Positions 19,386-29,676 of a stretch of 64,000 nt of DNA are shown piece after piece. The stretch is from IMG/VR virus record IMGVR_UViG_3300009550_000008. The stretch is one strand, 5' to 3'. The notes beneath the pieces are model-generated. The model was not told the origin of the DNA, ran no database searches, and worked only from the letters and a program-made list of their open reading frames with translations. Origin of the DNA: a virus. Numbering within the stretch: position 1 is the first letter of the stretch; each line of letters opens with the position of its first letter. The translations under genes and the position numbers were made by a program.

Positions 19386-22300
19386 ATGGCAGAGAAAACT
19401 GATTTAAATATATCACCTTATTACGATGACTACTCAGAAGATAAGAACTTTCAAAAAGTTCTTTATCGTGCTGGGAGACCACTTCAAGCAAGAGAGTTAA
19501 CTCAAACACAGTCTATCTTACAAAATCAAGTAGAAAGACTTGGTGACCATTTCTTTGAAGAAGGTTCAATTGTAACAGGTGCTCAGTCTGATGCAGACTT
19601 TGATGTTTACTATGTCAAAGTTAAGTCGACTAATCCTAATGAAAGTGGTGATGCATCTGTAGAAACATACAGAGCTTTATATCACGGTAAACATATTGTA
19701 GGACAAACATCAGGTGTTGTTGCAAAGGTTGTTACTTCAACTGCAGAAACTTCAACAGATAAACTTACTCTCTTTGTTAGATTCGAAAGACAAGGAACAG
19801 ATTCAAGCCAGTCGTTTGCATTTACAGCTGGAGAAACTCTAGTATTATGTAGTTTTAACTCATCAGGTGTTGTATCAGAAGATACTACAAGTAATAATGA
19901 CTTTACTGTAGAAGATGCATCAGAAAATCCTATTGGTCGTTCCTCTTATGCAAATATTTCAGAAGGTGTTGTATACATCAGAGGGTATTTTTGTAAGGTT
20001 GATGCTCAAGACTTAATCTTAGAAAAATATAGTTCTAAACCTTCTTACAGAATTGGTTTAATAGTTAAAGAAGAAATTATATCAACTGCAGAAGATAGCA
20101 CATTATATGATAATGCACAGGGAACTTCAAACGAAAACGCAGCTGGTGCTGATAGATTTAAATTCACATTAACTTTCGATAAGATTACATTAACAGCAAC
20201 AGATGAAGCAAACTTTATCGAGTTACTCAGAGTTAATCAAGGTCTAATTGAAATTAAAAATGATAGACCAATTTATTCAGAAATAGAAAACACACTTGCA
20301 AGAAGAACATTCGATACAAGTGGTGATTTCGTAGTTCAACAATTTACACATAGTTTAAGAGAACACTTAGACGATTCAACAAACAGAGGTTTCTACCCTA
20401 AAGCAAATGGTGGTGACGAAGCTAAATTCGTCATGCAGATATCGCCAGGCAAGGCATATGTAAAAGGGTATGAGATAGATAAACTTGGAACAACAAACCT
20501 TCCATTTGCAAAAGCAAGAACAACAACATCAATTACAGGTGCAAAAACACCAACAAGATTAGGTAACTATGTTAAAGCAGAAAACCTTTTCGGATTCCCT
20601 TCATTTGGAAACGAGTCAGGAGTACAAGGTCTTGACCCATTTGGAGTATGTCAATTATTCGCTGCCAAATTAACAGGTGGTAATCTAGGTTCAACAGATC
20701 ATATTGGTTTTACAAGAATTAGATATGTAGATGCACACGATGTATCAGGAGATGCAGAAGACGGAGTAAATCTATATCTATTCGATACCAAGATGTTTAC
20801 GAAGATTGGATACAGTTCACATACAGGTACAGCTGTTGCTGGAGATAAAGTAACTGGTGGAACATCAGGTGCAACAGGTATCGTTGCATACGATAATGGT
20901 TCTGATGCATTATATGTTCATGATGTAGTAGGTATATTTGCACACGGTGATGCAGTCACCTCAGAAGGTGATGGGGACTTTGCATGTACAATTGTAGGAG
21001 AAAACTACAGAGGTATCGCAAACGAAGTTAGATCATACAACATCGACAGAGCAAGAGGTATTGGTCAAGAAAGATCAGATGCAACTCATGCTGACTTTAC
21101 AGCAGACATTATAGAAGATGACGATTTCGTATTAACAGGGTCAGTATCCATCGCTGCAAACGGTAATGTAACTGGTTTCGGAACAAGATTCACCTCAGAA
21201 CTTAAAGAAGGTGATATCATCATTGACGGTGATGGTGACGAACAAGTCATTAATACCATTGCAAGTAATATTGCATGTCAAACAGTTGCAACTTCAAGTG
21301 TTGGAACCATGGCAAATGCAAACTGTACTCGAAGAAGAGTTAAGATTTACGATCAAGATCAGTCTGCAGCTATCTTTGCATGGCCAAGAGACTATGTTAA
21401 GACACATACACCCGATGAATGTTCAGTTAAGAAACAAAAAGTAATTCGTTCAAGTGGTGGAAATATTGTATTAGATACAGACAATAACGAAGCATTCTTA
21501 CAATTATCAAGAGACAATTTCCAAATTTCAATACTTGATTTGAATGGTAACTCAGCTGGTGGTGATGTACTCGGTAAAGAGTTTGACCCAACAGGAGTCA
21601 GTGCAGTTAAAAGTTCACCTACTGCAACAACTGAGAGATATACATTCCCAGTATCAGGAGTTTCAGATGGTGTTGACTTTATAGTATCATATGCAGTTAC
21701 ATTATCTGCACCAGTAAAAAGTAATAAGACACTAAGAAGATCAAGATGTTCAATCGTTGACACTGCATATGTAGCGGGTGCATCGAAATACGGAACATGT
21801 TATAATAACAAAGAAATATCTCTAGGGGTTTCAGATACTTTTGCAATCAGAGGTATCTTTGAAGGGATTGGTGGTTCAACACCTCTTCCACCTAGTGCAA
21901 TATTATCAGTTGCATCAGGATTACCTGAATCAGAAGAAATTATTATTGGACAAACATCAGGTGCAAAAGCAAGAATCATTAAATACAACAGTGGAGCTGC
22001 AACATACTTCTACTACATGAACCAATTTACTTTCTCAGACGGAGAGAGTGTAGTAGGACAAACCACAAATGCAACTGCAACAGTAGGAACATTAACAGCG
22101 GGTAGTGATAACATTACTGATAGATACTTCTTTGACAATGGTCAAAGAGATGGGTTCTATGACCATGGTAAGATCACATTAAAACCAGGCGCACCTACAC
22201 CAAACAATTCAATACTCATAGTGTTCGATTACTTCACATCAAGTGGTGGACAATTCTATGATGTAAACTCATATAACGGAGTAGACTATGGAGATATTCC

Positions 22301-25300
22301 AATCTATTCACCAAACAAAGTAGACCTAGGTGGATTAGAACCTGATGGTCAATTCGAATTATCAGACTCACTTGACTTTAGACCAAGTGTTGCACAATTA
22401 TATACTGATACAAACTTCTCAACTACACAGCCAGACCCAACAAGCCCAGCAAACATTTCAAGTGGTTTGAGTGGTGACCCATTCGATTATACTTCAAGAG
22501 TATATTCAGGAACAGGTGCTGGTGCAATAGACACCCCAGTTCCTACATTATCAACAACAGGTGATATTGAATTCTATACTTCAAGAATCGATAAAGTATT
22601 CTTGAGAAGTGATGGAAGATTTGATATATCTCAAGGTAACCCATCCATCACACCAACAAAACCAAAAGCTATCGATCAAGCAATCGAGTTGTTTGAACTT
22701 TTTGTTCCAGCATTTACTAAAAGGATTAGTGATGTTAGAGTAAGAAGTTTTGACCATCGTAGATATACGATGAAAGATATCGGTAAGATTAATAATAGGG
22801 TTACAAACTTAGAAAGAATTACATCTCTTTCATTATTAGAAAAAGATACACAAACACAACAGGTTTTAGATGCAGATGGATTTGATAGATTCAAGTCAGG
22901 ATTCTTAGTAGATAACTTTAGAGGCCATAAGATTGGTGATGTAAACCATCCCGATTACAAATGTGCAATTGATACTCAAATGGGTATGTTAAGACCTCAA
23001 TCATTTACTCAGTTCTTTGACATTGCATTGAATACAAGTGCATCATCTAATTACCAAAAGACTGGTGATCTAATTACATTACCTTATCAAAATGTATCAT
23101 ATGTTAATCAAGATAAATCATCAAGACATATCAATGTTAACCCATATCATGTCTTTGCATTTATTGGTAATGTTAAATTAACTCCTGAGAATGATATTTG
23201 GAATGACTCAGATAGATTACCTGATGTCAGAATAAACAGAGAAGGAAACTTTGATGCAGTTGTTGCTGGAGTAGGAAACTCTATGGGTACTGTATGGAAC
23301 TCATGGCAAACAACTTGGTCAGGAACACCTTCTACTGTATCCACAGAGGTTGAATCAACTTCAAGTGGTTCATGGAATGGTGACCCATTACAAGGTGGTA
23401 CATGGCAAGCAGGTACAGAGATCACTAGAGATATTACAGAGACACCTGAGATTCAAACTAGAACAGGTGTAACAACTTCTGTAGTAGAAGATTTTACAGA
23501 AACAAGAAACGATAGAATAGTATCAGTATCAATCATACCGTTCATGAGAGCAAGAACAGTTGAGATCGATGCAACAAACTTAAAGCCAGGCACTAACCAC
23601 TTCTTCTTCTTTGATGGAATAAGAATAGATCAGTTTGTAAGACCACATAGTACAGCTTACTCTCAAGATGGTGGAACTACAGTGACATCAGGACTTAAAA
23701 CAGATGGTAATGGAAGACTAAGAGGATTCTTTGAACTACCTAATAGTGATACACAAAGATTCCCAACAGGTAGAAGAGATTTAGTTGTAACTTCATCTTT
23801 CTATAATCTATCTAACCCACCGAGTCGTGGAGTTGGTATATATCAAGCTCAAGGATTATTACAGAGTTCACAAACTGAGATTACATCTACAAGAAATGGT
23901 ATAGTAATTACAGATAGACAATCAGCAACTAGACAAACATCTAGATCAGGTGAGAGAAGAAATATCGCTGCAGTTGATACTCAGGCACCTGATATACCAC
24001 AGGATACTCAGGAACCAGTAGAAGAAATAACAATCGATGTACCTGATACAAATACAGGAAATACAGGGCCAATTGTCCCTCCAGTATTCCCAATTATTTC
24101 TACTTCATTCCCACCAACGGTAGTCGTAGACTTACCAGTACCCGATCTTCCAATTGAAGTTCCTAATTTCTTTGTGCCAGGCACAGCTGATTTTAGAAAC
24201 ATGAGATTAGATTTAAATATTGAAGGTGAATTTGGATGGGGTGACCCACTTGCACAATCATTCTTATGTGAAGCAAGTGGTGGTATGATGTTAACATCTA
24301 TTGATTTGTTCTTCCAAGCAAAATCAACTCACATGCCTGTCTCAGTAGAGATCAGAAACATGGTAAATGGATATCCAGGCCAAACAGTTTTACCTTTCTC
24401 AGTTAAAACACTAAACCCTGATGCAGTTAATCTATCAGAAGATGGTTCTGCAGCGACAACATTTACTTTTGATTCACCAGTATTCGTAAATGATAATGAA
24501 GAATTCTGTTTCGTAGTTTATTCAAACTCAAACGATTACGAATGTTTCATATCAAGAATGGGTGAACCTGATTTAATTACAGGTGAAACAATTTCAGGAC
24601 AACCATATGCTGGTTCATTGTTCATGTCTCAGAACGCATCAACATGGACTGCAGAACAAACAGACGATCTTAAATTTAATATGAAGATCGCAGAATTCAA
24701 TAACTCTGTAGCAGCTGGACTGTATTTCGAAAACGAAGACCTTCCAGTATCTAAACTTGCAAGGAATCCAATACAAACAACTGCATCAAGTAATACAGTT
24801 AAAGTTTCAAGTTACTTACATGGATTGTACGATACAAGTTCTAACAGTAAAATAAAAGGAGTGAAGGGTGATAGAATAGGTTCAGTATTAGAAACTGATA
24901 CACCAACTCTTGCTGGTTCACCAAGTGACGGAACATACAGTAACCAAACTCAGAATTCAACAACTGGTAGTGGAACAGGTCTAAAAGTAGATATCACCAT
25001 TGCAAGTGGAGCGGTATCCGATGTTAGAATCGTAGACCCAGGCCAAGGACATGCAGCTGGAGACGATGTTACTTTTGATAACTTTACTTCAACTCATGAC
25101 TTAACAGTTAATGTTAAAACAGTGGGAGAAACTCTAGGAGGTCTTCCAGTAGATGCAATTGGTGGTGCATCGTTTGTAAGTTATAGTGCAGTATCAGATA
25201 TTGGTATTGACTCATATAATGTTGCAGTCGATCTATCAAGTTACATCGGAACAAACAAATTAAAATCAGGATACACTGCATTAGAATCAACTATCGGTGG

Positions 25301-26090
25301 TGGAGAGAATGTAGAAGCAGATAGAAACTACTACTACGATACACTACATACAATGATTCCAAACATCCAAAGAGGTGGTGCAAGAATTCTTTGTAGTACA
25401 GAATCAACTGCAATGAAAGCTCCCGAGGGACACATTGCAACAGGTGATACTTCATATGTAAGACGATCTCAGAATAACTTTATCACTATGAATGATAATT
25501 CATTCTTAGATAATCCAGGCATCGTTGCTTCACCGTTAAATGAAACAAACGAAATGTCAAGTGTTAGATCATTCAGACTACTACTACAAATGTACACAAC
25601 AAGTACAACTGTTTCACCAGTTATCGATGTGGGTACAATAGGATGTATTGCAGTTGCAAACAGAGTCAATAACATCAATAGTAGTTCAGATGTGCCTACA
25701 GGAGTCACATATTCGGCCTCTACGGAACCCGAAGGTGATAACAATGCATTTGTCTATGTAACAAGAAAGGTAAACCTTAAAACACCTGCTACAAGTCTGA
25801 AAGTTATTGCAGATAACTTTAGACCACCAAACACTGATCTTAAATATATGTTTAAGATTATTAAAGCAGACGAGAATACACCTTTAGATGATATCGGTTT
25901 CGAATACTTTAATACAACAGGAGCTCCTGATAAATCAATCGAAGTAGATCAGAGAAACTTCAAAGAGTATGAATATACTGCAGAAGACTTACCTGAATTC
26001 ACTGCATTCGTTGTTAAGATCGTAGGACAAGGTAACAATACATGTGTAGTACCAGCGGTATCTGCATTGAGATGTATGGCATTAGCATAA
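19386..26090 (+). CDS. Very large virion structural protein (VrlC/DUF4815-like, 2234 aa)
   Basis: NISPYYDD, RPLQARELTQ.Q, APGADR-like AAGADR, LARRT.D.SG, GKAYVKGYE, RFKSGFLVDNF, DPLAQSF. Confidence 0.8.
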   Translation: MAEKTDLNISPYYDDYSEDKNFQKVLYRAGRPLQARELTQTQSILQNQVERLGDHFFEEGSIVTGAQSDADFDVYYVKVKSTNPNESGDASVETYRALYHGKHIVGQTSGVVAKVVTSTAETSTDKLTLFVRFERQGTDSSQSFAFTAGETLVLCSFNSSGVVSEDTTSNNDFTVEDASENPIGRSSYANISEGVVYIRGYFCKVDAQDLILEKYSSKPSYRIGLIVKEEIISTAEDSTLYDNAQGTSNENAAGADRFKFTLTFDKITLTATDEANFIELLRVNQGLIEIKNDRPIYSEIENTLARRTFDTSGDFVVQQFTHSLREHLDDSTNRGFYPKANGGDEAKFVMQISPGKAYVKGYEIDKLGTTNLPFAKARTTTSITGAKTPTRLGNYVKAENLFGFPSFGNESGVQGLDPFGVCQLFAAKLTGGNLGSTDHIGFTRIRYVDAHDVSGDAEDGVNLYLFDTKMFTKIGYSSHTGTAVAGDKVTGGTSGATGIVAYDNGSDALYVHDVVGIFAHGDAVTSEGDGDFACTIVGENYRGIANEVRSYNIDRARGIGQERSDATHADFTADIIEDDDFVLTGSVSIAANGNVTGFGTRFTSELKEGDIIIDGDGDEQVINTIASNIACQTVATSSVGTMANANCTRRRVKIYDQDQSAAIFAWPRDYVKTHTPDECSVKKQKVIRSSGGNIVLDTDNNEAFLQLSRDNFQISILDLNGNSAGGDVLGKEFDPTGVSAVKSSPTATTERYTFPVSGVSDGVDFIVSYAVTLSAPVKSNKTLRRSRCSIVDTAYVAGASKYGTCYNNKEISLGVSDTFAIRGIFEGIGGSTPLPPSAILSVASGLPESEEIIIGQTSGAKARIIKYNSGAATYFYYMNQFTFSDGESVVGQTTNATATVGTLTAGSDNITDRYFFDNGQRDGFYDHGKITLKPGAPTPNNSILIVFDYFTSSGGQFYDVNSYNGVDYGDIPIYSPNKVDLGGLEPDGQFELSDSLDFRPSVAQLYTDTNFSTTQPDPTSPANISSGLSGDPFDYTSRVYSGTGAGAIDTPVPTLSTTGDIEFYTSRIDKVFLRSDGRFDISQGNPSITPTKPKAIDQAIELFELFVPAFTKRISDVRVRSFDHRRYTMKDIGKINNRVTNLERITSLSLLEKDTQTQQVLDADGFDRFKSGFLVDNFRGHKIGDVNHPDYKCAIDTQMGMLRPQSFTQFFDIALNTSASSNYQKTGDLITLPYQNVSYVNQDKSSRHINVNPYHVFAFIGNVKLTPENDIWNDSDRLPDVRINREGNFDAVVAGVGNSMGTVWNSWQTTWSGTPSTVSTEVESTSSGSWNGDPLQGGTWQAGTEITRDITETPEIQTRTGVTTSVVEDFTETRNDRIVSVSIIPFMRARTVEIDATNLKPGTNHFFFFDGIRIDQFVRPHSTAYSQDGGTTVTSGLKTDGNGRLRGFFELPNSDTQRFPTGRRDLVVTSSFYNLSNPPSRGVGIYQAQGLLQSSQTEITSTRNGIVITDRQSATRQTSRSGERRNIAAVDTQAPDIPQDTQEPVEEITIDVPDTNTGNTGPIVPPVFPIISTSFPPTVVVDLPVPDLPIEVPNFFVPGTADFRNMRLDLNIEGEFGWGDPLAQSFLCEASGGMMLTSIDLFFQAKSTHMPVSVEIRNMVNGYPGQTVLPFSVKTLNPDAVNLSEDGSAATTFTFDSPVFVNDNEEFCFVVYSNSNDYECFISRMGEPDLITGETISGQPYAGSLFMSQNASTWTAEQTDDLKFNMKIAEFNNSVAAGLYFENEDLPVSKLARNPIQTTASSNTVKVSSYLHGLYDTSSNSKIKGVKGDRIGSVLETDTPTLAGSPSDGTYSNQTQNSTTGSGTGLKVDITIASGAVSDVRIVDPGQGHAAGDDVTFDNFTSTHDLTVNVKTVGETLGGLPVDAIGGASFVSYSAVSDIGIDSYNVAVDLSSYIGTNKLKSGYTALESTIGGGENVEADRNYYYDTLHTMIPNIQRGGARILCSTESTAMKAPEGHIATGDTSYVRRSQNNFITMNDNSFLDNPGIVASPLNETNEMSSVRSFRLLLQMYTTSTTVSPVIDVGTIGCIAVANRVNNINSSSDVPTGVTYSASTEPEGDNNAFVYVTRKVNLKTPATSLKVIADNFRPPNTDLKYMFKIIKADENTPLDDIGFEYFNTTGAPDKSIEVDQRNFKEYEYTAEDLPEFTAFVVKIVGQGNNTCVVPAVSALRCMALA

Positions 26091-26293
26091 TGGGTATTAA
26101 GGTAGAAGGACATACACATTTGATAAGAGACGAAGAGTCTCATGCAATTATCAATACGGATGTTGAACAATATAGACTCACTATGAGACGAAGACAAGTG
26201 TTAAGAACTCAGAGAGATGAGATAAATAGTTTAAGACAAGAAGTAACAGAGATCAAAGGACTATTAAAGGAATTAATTAATAACAATGGCTAG
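26090..26293 (+). CDS. Small coiled-coil virion-associated protein
   Basis: TAATG overlap with the upstream stop; KVEGH..LIRD..S.AIINTD followed by a heptad tail. Confidence 0.7.
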   Translation: MGIKVEGHTHLIRDEESHAIINTDVEQYRLTMRRRQVLRTQRDEINSLRQEVTEIKGLLKELINNNG

Positions 26294-27506
26294 AACAGTA
26301 ACAAGAAATCAGACTTTAGAAGAGTTTAGAAGTAATTATAATGGACTTGCAGCGGATGTAGGGACACTATCAGGCCTTAGTGGTAATATTTCAAATCAAG
26401 GAAACATAGTCGATGCAATTAACGAATTAGAAGCAAAGACTTTCTATTTCGACTCGTTTACTTTTACTGCAACTGGTTCTCAGACAACTTTTAACTCATC
26501 ACACGAAAGTGATAGTAAAACTGTAAGGATTAGAACAGGTAGATACCAAGTATTTAAAAATTCTGCTCTACTTATAGAAGGTAACGATTTTAACCTTGCA
26601 TCATTAAGTAATGGTGAGTACGGTGCAATCACTTTAAACTCAGGTGCATCTGCTGGTGACATTATTACAATCTACACCTTTACAGGTTCAGTAGTTGGTA
26701 CACAAAGTGGTGTCGGTGGTGCTGGTGGTGGTCAGTTTACAGAAACAGCTCAAAACACAATTTACAATATTAACTCCAATGGTGTTATTCTAAATGGAGA
26801 TAGTACCTCACGAACAACAACTTTAGAGTCAGGATATACTTTACAATTAGCAGGTAAAACTTTTGCAGAAGATGATTTAGTTTCAGGAGTAGCTGGTAAG
26901 AAAGTACAATTCCCAATCGTATCTGATGGTACTGCACAATTTACTGGTGGAGTTGGAACAGGATTTAGTTCAATAACTTCTACTGCATTAGTAGGAAATT
27001 TAACAGGTAATGTAACTGGTAATGTCACAGGTGATGTATCAGGAAGTTCAGGAACAACAAATTCTATTAGTGCTCATAGTATAAATGCACTGAGTGATGT
27101 TACATTAAACTCTCCAGCAAATGGTCAGGTACTTGTATATAATACATCAAGTAGTAAATTTGAAAATGCAAATGCAGCTGCAACTTATACAAACGAAGAT
27201 GCACAGGATACTGTGGCTGCAATGATCGCAGCTGGAACTCACAGTAATATTACTGTTACTTACGATGACGCTGCGAATACAATGTCTTTTTCTGCAGCAG
27301 CTCAATATGCAGACTCAGATGCAAGAGGTGCTGTCTCAGGTGGAGATGGTCTTGCATACAATTCAACATCAGGGGTATTTGCTGTTAACACTTCCAACGG
27401 GATAGAAATCAATAGTGATTCAGTTGAACTAGATTATGAGATCGTATCTTCTGCACCTAGTGGTGTCGGTTCTACTGCAACTGGACACTTATGGTTTGTA
27501 GTATGA
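26286..27506 (+). CDS. Tail fibre/adaptor protein (406 aa)
   Basis: TLEEFR N-terminus, GNVTGNVTG repeats, INALSDV..NGQVLVY, C-terminal SSAPSG...GHLWFVV. Confidence 0.7.
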   Translation: MARTVTRNQTLEEFRSNYNGLAADVGTLSGLSGNISNQGNIVDAINELEAKTFYFDSFTFTATGSQTTFNSSHESDSKTVRIRTGRYQVFKNSALLIEGNDFNLASLSNGEYGAITLNSGASAGDIITIYTFTGSVVGTQSGVGGAGGGQFTETAQNTIYNINSNGVILNGDSTSRTTTLESGYTLQLAGKTFAEDDLVSGVAGKKVQFPIVSDGTAQFTGGVGTGFSSITSTALVGNLTGNVTGNVTGDVSGSSGTTNSISAHSINALSDVTLNSPANGQVLVYNTSSSKFENANAAATYTNEDAQDTVAAMIAAGTHSNITVTYDDAANTMSFSAAAQYADSDARGAVSGGDGLAYNSTSGVFAVNTSNGIEINSDSVELDYEIVSSAPSGVGSTATGHLWFVV

Positions 27507-27507
27507 T

Positions 27508-28962
27508 ATGGCTGACGAAATTTATATAAACACAGGGTCGACTTTTCAACAACCCTATCAGGGTCAAGTACCAGCAAACGCTCAACAACCAGTTATCAGG
27601 AACATTGATGGAACATATCCAGCAAATGCTCAGAGTCCGTTCACTTATCAGAACAGACAACCTTTTACATATCAAGATCAGAAAAACGCTAGACAGCCTG
27701 TAATTTACGATCATCGATCTCCGTTTACATATAATAGACAAGGTCGATCTCCATTTACATATCAACATCCAGTAATTAGAGATGGACAACAACCAAACAT
27801 ATATCAGGTACAAAGTCCGTTCACTTATAATAGAACAGGTCAATCGCCATTTACATATCAACATCAGTCACCTAGTACATATCAGTTCCAAGCAAATAAA
27901 CAACAACCGACTATTAAACAACAGTCTTACAATGATGTAAATGTAAATAGACAAACAACATATACAGTTGATGCTCGAACTCCTATACAAGAACCTCATA
28001 TTGGTAATAGACAAGTTGGTGTTCAAGGGCCGTACATAGGTGGTAACCAACAACCCCATTCCCACTACGAACCTGAATTGAATTCGTGGTTGAATTTTAG
28101 AGTTCCTCAGTCTACTCAAGCTCAAGGGCCGTATATAACACCACAAACATATGGGTTTCAAGCAAATGCAGTTAATGTGCAGACCAGTCGACAACAACCA
28201 GTAAGTTCACAGAGTCCATTTACATTTTCAGGTCAATCACATGAGACTGTATGGAACCAACAGATTGGTGAACCGATTCCTTACAGGGTTCCAGTAATCA
28301 ATCAACCAGCAAGACAGCCTGTTAGTTCACGAAGTCCATATAGACAACCTAGTATTACATTGACCAATGTTGGTAATGCAAGACAACCTTATAGACAACC
28401 CGTACAACAACCATCTATCTATCAACATATTAGACAGGTTGCTTACGATCATAGATCACCGTTTACATATCCTAGGACAGATGTGAATGCACAACAACCT
28501 AATATAAGGGATGCACAACAACCATATCCTTACATTGCAAACGCACAGGAGAGTAATGAGAGGAATGCAAGGAGTCCTTTCACTTACGATCATAGACAAC
28601 CTAGTAATATACAACAAGCATATCCTTACATTGCAAACGCACAAGAACCTAACATTAGGGATAAACAAAGTCCATTCACTTATGCACATCCAGTGAATGC
28701 ACAATCTCCATATATTGCAGATGCAAGATCACCTAGTACATATCAGGAATCTTATACTTACACCTACGATCATAGATCACCTTTCACATATCAGGTGAAT
28801 TATTCAACTACAAGACCCATCGGGCCTCTTGCAAAAGTTAAAGGTGTCTTTATAAACGATGGTGGTACAGTTAAAAAAGCACAGACTGTTCATGTGAATG
28901 ATAGTGGAACTGCAGAAAAAATACATGATGCAGTGCCTAATGCACAGTTCTTAAAAGGATAA
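27508..28962 (+). CDS. Pro/Gln/Tyr repeat fibre protein with internal mirror symmetry (484 aa)
   Basis: SPFTY, QQP, YPYIANAQ and YDHRSP repeats; N and C arms have reversed unit lengths. Confidence 0.8.
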   Translation: MADEIYINTGSTFQQPYQGQVPANAQQPVIRNIDGTYPANAQSPFTYQNRQPFTYQDQKNARQPVIYDHRSPFTYNRQGRSPFTYQHPVIRDGQQPNIYQVQSPFTYNRTGQSPFTYQHQSPSTYQFQANKQQPTIKQQSYNDVNVNRQTTYTVDARTPIQEPHIGNRQVGVQGPYIGGNQQPHSHYEPELNSWLNFRVPQSTQAQGPYITPQTYGFQANAVNVQTSRQQPVSSQSPFTFSGQSHETVWNQQIGEPIPYRVPVINQPARQPVSSRSPYRQPSITLTNVGNARQPYRQPVQQPSIYQHIRQVAYDHRSPFTYPRTDVNAQQPNIRDAQQPYPYIANAQESNERNARSPFTYDHRQPSNIQQAYPYIANAQEPNIRDKQSPFTYAHPVNAQSPYIADARSPSTYQESYTYTYDHRSPFTYQVNYSTTRPIGPLAKVKGVFINDGGTVKKAQTVHVNDSGTAEKIHDAVPNAQFLKG

Positions 28963-28970
28963 ATAGTAAT

Positions 28971-29306
28971 ATGGCAATCATAGCAAATTTATACATCGAT
29001 CAAGGAACAGACTATGCAATCACTGTAGATTGTACGGATACAGCTGGGGAGATACTAAACCTAACTGGATACACTGCAGCTGCACAAATGAGAAAAACAT
29101 ACGGTTCTTCTACAGTCAGTGCAACATTTGCTACATCTATTAATGCAAGTGCTGGACAGGTAACTTTATCACTAAACGATACTCAAACTACAGGTTTAGA
29201 GAGTGGTAGATATGTATATGACCTAAATATCACAAAGACTTCGTCATCAGAGACAACCCGAGTTGTTGAAGGACAAGCAATACTTACACCAGGCGTAACG
29301 AGGTAA
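28971..29306 (+). CDS. Conserved small virion protein (fibre adaptor-like)
   Basis: ANLYIDQG.D, NLTGYT..AQMRK.Y.S, GRYVYD, TRVVEG..TPGVTR. Confidence 0.7.
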   Translation: MAIIANLYIDQGTDYAITVDCTDTAGEILNLTGYTAAAQMRKTYGSSTVSATFATSINASAGQVTLSLNDTQTTGLESGRYVYDLNITKTSSSETTRVVEGQAILTPGVTR

Positions 29307-29308
29307 TC

Positions 29309-29527
29309 ATGGCAAACATTAAGGCAAGAGTTCTACAAGGAAATTCAATCAGAGCAAAACAGGTTGCAATTGGTAACTCTTCTACAGTGCAAGCTGATAT
29401 TTCTGCAAAGTCAATCAATGAACTCTCAGATGTAAACGCATCAGAAACAGACAACGGGGTTCTTCAATACAACGCTTCTACAGACAAGTGGGAAACCACT
29501 AATGTTTTAGACGGCGGAACATTCTAA
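29309..29527 (+). CDS. Small fibre linker protein ending in DGGTF
   Basis: INELSDV..NGVLQYNASTDKW; C-terminal DGGTF. Confidence 0.7.
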   Translation: MANIKARVLQGNSIRAKQVAIGNSSTVQADISAKSINELSDVNASETDNGVLQYNASTDKWETTNVLDGGTF

Positions 29528-29530
29528 TCG

Positions 29531-29538
29531 TATAAATA
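29531..29538 (+). promoter_or_regulatory. T4-type late promoter TATAAATA
   Basis: Perfect consensus preceding a ~130 nt leader. Confidence 0.75.
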
Positions 29539-29676
29539 CTTATACCAATCAAGGTGACATTCAGTGAGTCACGACCCACATAGTGAGTGGACTGATTAAT
29601 GATGTATCTTTCTCGGACAGTGAAGAGAATAAAAGCTTTTAATTAAACAATATAATATTCCTAGGAGGAATACAAA

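Noticed and set aside
27472-28704. Antisense Cys/Trp-rich ORFs (also 35071-35499, 36414-36611)
   Set aside because: Shadow frames of the repeat genes with no SD or promoter support.
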